A stretch of 64,000 nt of DNA from the human T2T-CHM13v2.0 reference genome, Homo sapiens: the NCBI RefSeq assembly GCF_009914755.1, contig NC_060947.1, one strand, 5' to 3'. This document shows positions 58,436 to 64,000 of this stretch, in pieces (within the stretch, counting starts at the first letter, position 1; each line of letters opens with the position of its first letter). The position numbers and the translations under genes were made by a program. The notes under the pieces were generated by a model. The model ran no database searches. It was not told the DNA's origin and saw only the letters and a program-made list of their open reading frames with translations.

Positions 58436-59205
58436 CACCATCACTGGCCATCAGAGAAATGCAAATCAAAACCACTATGAGATACCATCTCACACCAGTT
58501 AGAATGGTGATCATTAAAAAGTCAGGAAACAACAGGTGCTGGAGAGGATGTGGAGAAATAGGAACACTTTTACACTGTTGGTGGGACTGTAAAATAGTTC
58601 AACCATTGTGGAAGTCAGTGTGGCGATTCCTCAGGGATCTAGAACTAGAAATACCATTTGACCCAGCCGTCCCATTACTGGGTATATACCCAAAGGACTA
58701 TAAATCATGCTGCTATAAAGACACATGCACACGTATGTTTATTGCGGCACTATTCACAATAGCAAAGACTTGGAACCAACCCAAATGTCTAACAATGATA
58801 GACTGGATTAAGAAAGTGTGGCACATATACACCATGGAATACTATGTAGCCATAAAAAATGATGAGTTCATGTCCTTTGTAGGGACGTGGATGAAATTGG
58901 AAATCATCATTCTCAGTAAACTATCGCAAGGACACAAAACCAAACACCACATGTTCTCACTCATAGGTGGGAATTGAACAATGAGAACACATGGACACAG
59001 GAAGGGGAACATCACACTCTGGGGACTGTTGTGGGGTGGGGGGAGGGGGGAGGGATAGCATTAGGAGATATACCTAATGCTAAATGACGAGTTAATGGGT
59101 GCAGCACACCAGCAGGGCACATGTATACATATGTAACTAACCTGCACATTGTGCACATGTACCCTAAAACTTAAAGTATAATAATAATAAAATGAAAAAA
59201 AAAAA
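58436..59205 (+). mobile_element. 5'-truncated L1PA3-like element
   Basis: Intact 172-aa ORF2 C-terminus (CWRGC...HCWWDC); gctaaatgacgag; TSD agaat(a/g)gtga(g/a)ctga. Confidence 0.93.
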
Positions 59206-59211
59206 AGAATG

Positions 59212-59268
59212 GTGAACTGAGACCATGCCACTGCACTCCAGCCTAGGAAACAAAAAATAAAAAAAAAA
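59212..59268 (+). mobile_element. Tiny Alu 3' fragment with A tail
   Basis: gtgaactgagaccatgccactgcactccagcct followed by an A-rich run. Confidence 0.8.
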
Positions 59269-60850
59269 TTATCGCCAGCTCCATCCATGTTGCTGCAAAG
59301 GACATCATTTCATTCTTTTTATAGGTGTGTAGTATTCCAAGGTCTATATGTACCAAATTTTCTTTATCAAATTCACCATTGATGGACATCTGGGTTGATT
59401 TTGTGTCTTTGCTATTGTGAACAGTGCTGGGATAAACATATGCATGCATGTGTCTTTATAGTAGAACAATTTATATTCCTTTGGGTATATACCCAACACT
59501 GAGATTGCTGGGTTGAACGATAGATTTGTTTTAGGTTCCTGGAGAAATCTGAGAGCTGCTTTCCACAGTGGGTGAAGTAATTAATATTCCACACTAACAG
59601 TGTATAAGTGCTCTGTATGCTCCATAACCTTCCCAGCATCTGTCATTTTTTGACTTTAGTAATAGTCATTCTGACTGGCATGGGATTATTTCTCATTGTG
59701 GTTTTGATTTGAATGTCTCCAATAATTAGTGCTGTTGAACAGTTTTTCATATGCTTGGTGGCCATGTGTGTGTCTTCTTTTGAGAAGTGTCTTTTAATGT
59801 CTTTGGCCCTTGTTAATGCGGCTGTTTGTTTTTTGCTTGTTATTTAAGTTCCTTACAGTTTTTGAATATTAGACCTTTGTCAGATGAATAAATTGCAAAT
59901 ATTTTATCCCATTGTGTAGGTTATTGGATTACCTTGTTGGTAAGTTTTTTGTTGTACAGAAGCTCTTCAGTTTAATTTGATCCCAGTTGCCAATTTTAGT
60001 TTTTGTAGCAATTGTTTTTGGAGTCTTTATCATGAAATCCTTTCCAAGGCCAACGTCCACAGTGGTATTTTCTATGTTTTCTTCTAAAGTTTTTGTAGTT
60101 TTAGGTTTTACATTCAAGTCTTTGATCTACTTTGAGTTGATTTTGTGTATGGTGAAAGGAAGTGGTCCAGTTGCGACTTACTGCATATGGCTTACCAGTT
60201 ATATATTCACCATTTATTGAATAGGGGGTCCTTTCTCATTGCTTATTATTGTCAACATTATCAGAGATCACATGGTTGTAGTTGTGCAGCTTTACTTTTG
60301 GATTTTCAAACCTGTTTCATTGGTCTATGTGTCTGTTTTTGTATGAGTACCACGGTATTTTGATTACTGTAGCATTGCAGTATATTTTGACGTCAGGTAG
60401 TGTCATGCCTCTGGCTTTATACTTTTTGTTTAGGATTGCTTTTGCTATTCAGAATATTTTCTGGTTGCATAAGAATTTTATAACTTTTTTTCTGATTCTG
60501 TGAAAATTGTCATTGATAGTTTGACAAGAAGAGTATTGCTTTGGGCAATATGTTCATTTTAATTATATTAATTCTTTCTGTTCATGACCATGGAATGTTT
60601 ATCCATTTGTTTGTGTCATCTGATGTCTTTCAGCAGTGTTTTGTAATTCTCATTGTAGAGCTCTTTCACCTCCCTGATTATCTGTATTCTTAGATATTTT
60701 ATACATTTTGTGGTTGTTGTGAATGAGATTGCATTCTTGATTTGCATCTCAGCTTGGACATTATTTGTATATAGAAATGCTACTGATAGTTGTACACTGA
60801 TTTTACATCCAAAAACTTTGCTGAAGATGTCTGTCAAATCTAGGTGCTTT

Positions 60851-63800
60851 TCCTCCAAGAAATATGGGACTATGTAAAGAGACCAAACCTACGATTGATT
60901 GGTGTACCTGAAAGTGATGGAGAGAATGGAACCAAGTTGGAAAACACACTTAAGGATATTATCCAGGAGAACTTCCCCAACCTAGCAAGACAGTCCAACA
61001 TTCAAATTCAGGAAATACAGAGAACACCACTAAGATACTCCACGAGAAGATTAATCCCAAGACACATAATCATCAGATTCTCCAAGGTTGAAATGAAGGA
61101 AAAAATGTTAAGGGCAGTCAGAGAGAAAGGTCAGGTCACCTACAAAAAGAAACCCATCAGACTAACAGCAGATCTTTCTGCAGAAACTCTACATGCCAGA
61201 AGAGAGTGGAGGCCAATATTCAACATCCTTAAAGAAAAGAATATTCAACCCATAATGTCATATCCAGCCAAACTAAGCTTCATAAAAAGGGAGAAATAAA
61301 ATCCTTTTTAGACAAGCAAATGCTAATGGATTTTGTTACCACCTGGACTGCCTTGCAAGAGCTTCTGAAGAAAGCACTAAATATGGAAAGGAAAAACGGG
61401 TACCAGCCACTGCAAAAACACATCAAAATATGAAGACCAATGACACTATGAAGAAACTGCCTCAACTAATGCACAAAATAACCAGCTAGCATCATGATGC
61501 TAGGATCAAATTCACACGTAACGATATTAACCTTAAATGTAAATGGGCTAACTGCCCCAATTAAAAGACACAGACTAGCAAATTAGACAAAGAGTCAAGA
61601 CCTATTGGTGTGTTTTATTCAGGAGACCCATCTCACTTGCAAAGACACACATAGGCTCAAAATAAAAGGATGGAGGAATATTCACCAAGCAAATGGAAAG
61701 CAAAAAAAGCAAGGGTTGCAATTCTAGTCTCTGATAAAACAGACTTTAAACCACCAAAGATCAAAGAAGACAAAGAAGGGCATTACATAATGGTAAAGAG
61801 ATCAATGCAACAAGAAGAGATAACTATCATAAATATATGTGCACCCAATACAGGAGCACCCAGATTCATAAAGTGTGTTCTTAGAGACCTACAAAGAGAC
61901 TTACACTCCCATGTAATAATAGTGGGAGAATTTAACACCCCATTGCCAATATTAGACAGATCAGTGAGACAGAAAATTAATAAGGATATACAGGACTTGA
62001 ACTCAGCTCAGGATCAAGTGGACCTAATACACATCTACAGAACTCTCCACCCCGAAACAACAGAATAAACATTCTTCTTAGTGCCACATTATACTTATTC
62101 TAAAATCGACCACATAATTGGAAGTAAAACACTCCTCAGCAAATGCAGAAGAAATGAAATAATAACAAAGTCTCTCAGACCACAGTGCAATCAAATTAGT
62201 AATCAGGATTAAGAAACTCACTCAAAACCGTACAACTATATGCAAGTTGAACAACCCGCTCCTGAACAGTTCCTGGGTAAATAACAAAATTAAGGCAGAA
62301 ATCAAGAAATTATTTGAAGCCGAGGAGAACAAAGAGACAACTTACCAGAATCTTTGGGACACAGCTAAAGCAGTGTTAAGAGGGAAATTTACAGCACTAA
62401 ATGCCCACATCAGAAAGCTGGAAAATCTCAGTCGACACCCTAATATCACAATTCAAGAAATAGAGAAGTAAGAGGAAACAAATAAAAAAGCTAGCAGAAG
62501 ACAAGAAATAACTAAGATCAGAGCAGAACTGAAGGAGATAGAGACACGAAAAACCTTTCAAAATATCAATGAATACAGGAGCTGGTTTTTGAAAAAGTTA
62601 ACAAAATGGATAGATCACTAGCTAGACTAATAAAGAAGAAAAGAGAAAAGAATCAAATAGACACAATAAAAAATGATAAAGGGGATATCACCACTGACCC
62701 CACAGAAATACTAACTACCATCCGAGAATAGTATGAACAACTCTCTGCAAATAAACTAGAAAATCTAAAAGAAATAGATAAATTCCTGGACACATACACC
62801 CTCCCAAGACTAAACCAGGAAGAAGTCAAATCCCTGAATAAACCAATAACAAATCCTGAAATTGAGGCAGTAATTAATAGCCTATCAACTGAGAAAAGCA
62901 CAGGACCGGATGTATTCACAGTTGAATTCTACCAGAGGTAGAAAGAGAAACTATTCCAAACAATCAAAAAGGAGGGACTTCTCCCTAACTCATTCTATGA
63001 GACCAGCATCATCCTGATACCAAAACCTGGCAGAGACACAACGAAAAAAAAAGAAAAACTTAGGCCAATATCCTTGATGAGCATCGATGCAAAAATGCTC
63101 AATAAAATACTGGCAAACAGAATCCAGCAGCACATCAAAAAGCTTATCCACCACGATCAAGTCAGCTTCATTCCTGGGATGCAAGGCTGGGTCAACATAT
63201 GCAAATCAATAAATGTAACCAATTACATAAACAGAATCAATGACAAAAACCACGTGATTATCTCAATAGATGCAGAAAAAGCCTTCGATAAAATTCAACA
63301 TCCCTTCAGGTTAAAAACTCTCAATGTACTAGTATTGATGAAATATATCTCAAAATAATAAGAGCTATTTATGACAAATCCATTGCCAATATCATCCTGA
63401 ATGGGCAAAAGCTGGAAATACTCCCTTTGAAAACTGGAACAAGACAAGGATGCCCTCTCTCACCACTCCTATTCAACATAGTATTGGAAGTTCTGGCCAG
63501 GGCAGTCCAGCAAGAGGAGGAAGTAAAGTATATTCAAATAAGAAGACAGGGAGTCAAATTGTCTCTGTTTTCAGATGACATAATTGTATATTTGGAAAAC
63601 CCCATCATCTCAGCCCCAAAACTCCTTAAGCTCATAAGCAACTTCAGCAAAGTCTCAAGATACAAAATCAATGTGCAAAAATCACAAACATTCCTATACA
63701 CCAACAATAGACAAGCAGAGCCAAATCATGGATAAACTCCCATTCACAATTGCTACAAAAATAATAAAATACCTAGGAATACAGCTTACAAGGGATGTAA

Positions 63801-64000
63801 AGGACCTCTTCGAGGAGAACTACAAACCACTGCTCAAAGAAATAAGAGAGGACACAAACAAATGGAAAAACACTACATGCTCATGGATAGGAAGAATCAA
63901 TATCATGAAAATGGCCATACTGCCCAAAGTAATTTATAGATTCAATGCTCTTCTCACCAAACTACCCTTGACTTTCTTTGCAAAATTAGAAAAAACTACT
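60851..64000 (+). mobile_element. L1PA8-10-class element from mid-ORF1 into the ORF2 reverse transcriptase domain, running off the window
   Basis: LQEIWDYVKRPNLRLIGVPE; ORF2 start near 61495; [13 protein letters not shown]; several stops and frameshifts. Confidence 0.92.

Larger units (their letters stand above)
58125..60850 (-). mobile_element. L1PA15/16-like 3' portion, interrupted at 58427-59270
   Basis: PA16-type 3'UTR; ORF2 remnants (KELYNENYKTLLKDI). Confidence 0.88.

Noticed and set aside
58459-58977. 172-aa Cys-rich ORF
   Set aside because: It is the standard L1 ORF2 C-terminus of a young truncated copy.
59270-64000. Strand switch at 60850 as a twin-priming inversion
   Set aside because: The two blocks overlap by hundreds of nt in ORF2 coordinates and differ in sequence and subfamily, so they are separate insertions.
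60844-64000. Potentially active L1
   Set aside because: No 5'UTR, truncated ORF1, and multiple stops and frameshifts.

Overview
Repeat-dense, AT-rich human DNA with no recognisable protein-coding gene, RNA gene or CpG island. The species call rests on a near-consensus AluYb8, a human-specific subfamily. Roughly three quarters of the window (estimated by eye) is nested transposon debris: L1s of many ages on both strands, about 17 Alu/FLAM pieces, MaLR and ERV LTRs, a THE1D provirus, an LTR16/ERVL provirus remnant, a piggyBac MER75, L2/MIR fossils and microsatellites. Every long ORF in the track that I can assign is an L1 ORF1/ORF2, MaLR-internal, ERVL gag, Alu or microsatellite read-through. 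I found no evidence of a new functional gene system. The most unusual features are rearrangement junctions: an AluY with an inverted 5' end inside intact TSDs, several other fold-back or inversion junctions, a MER75 lacking both terminal repeats, and an unexplained 70-bp direct repeat. Subfamily names come from recalled consensus sequences, not a database search, and boundaries of old elements are approximate.
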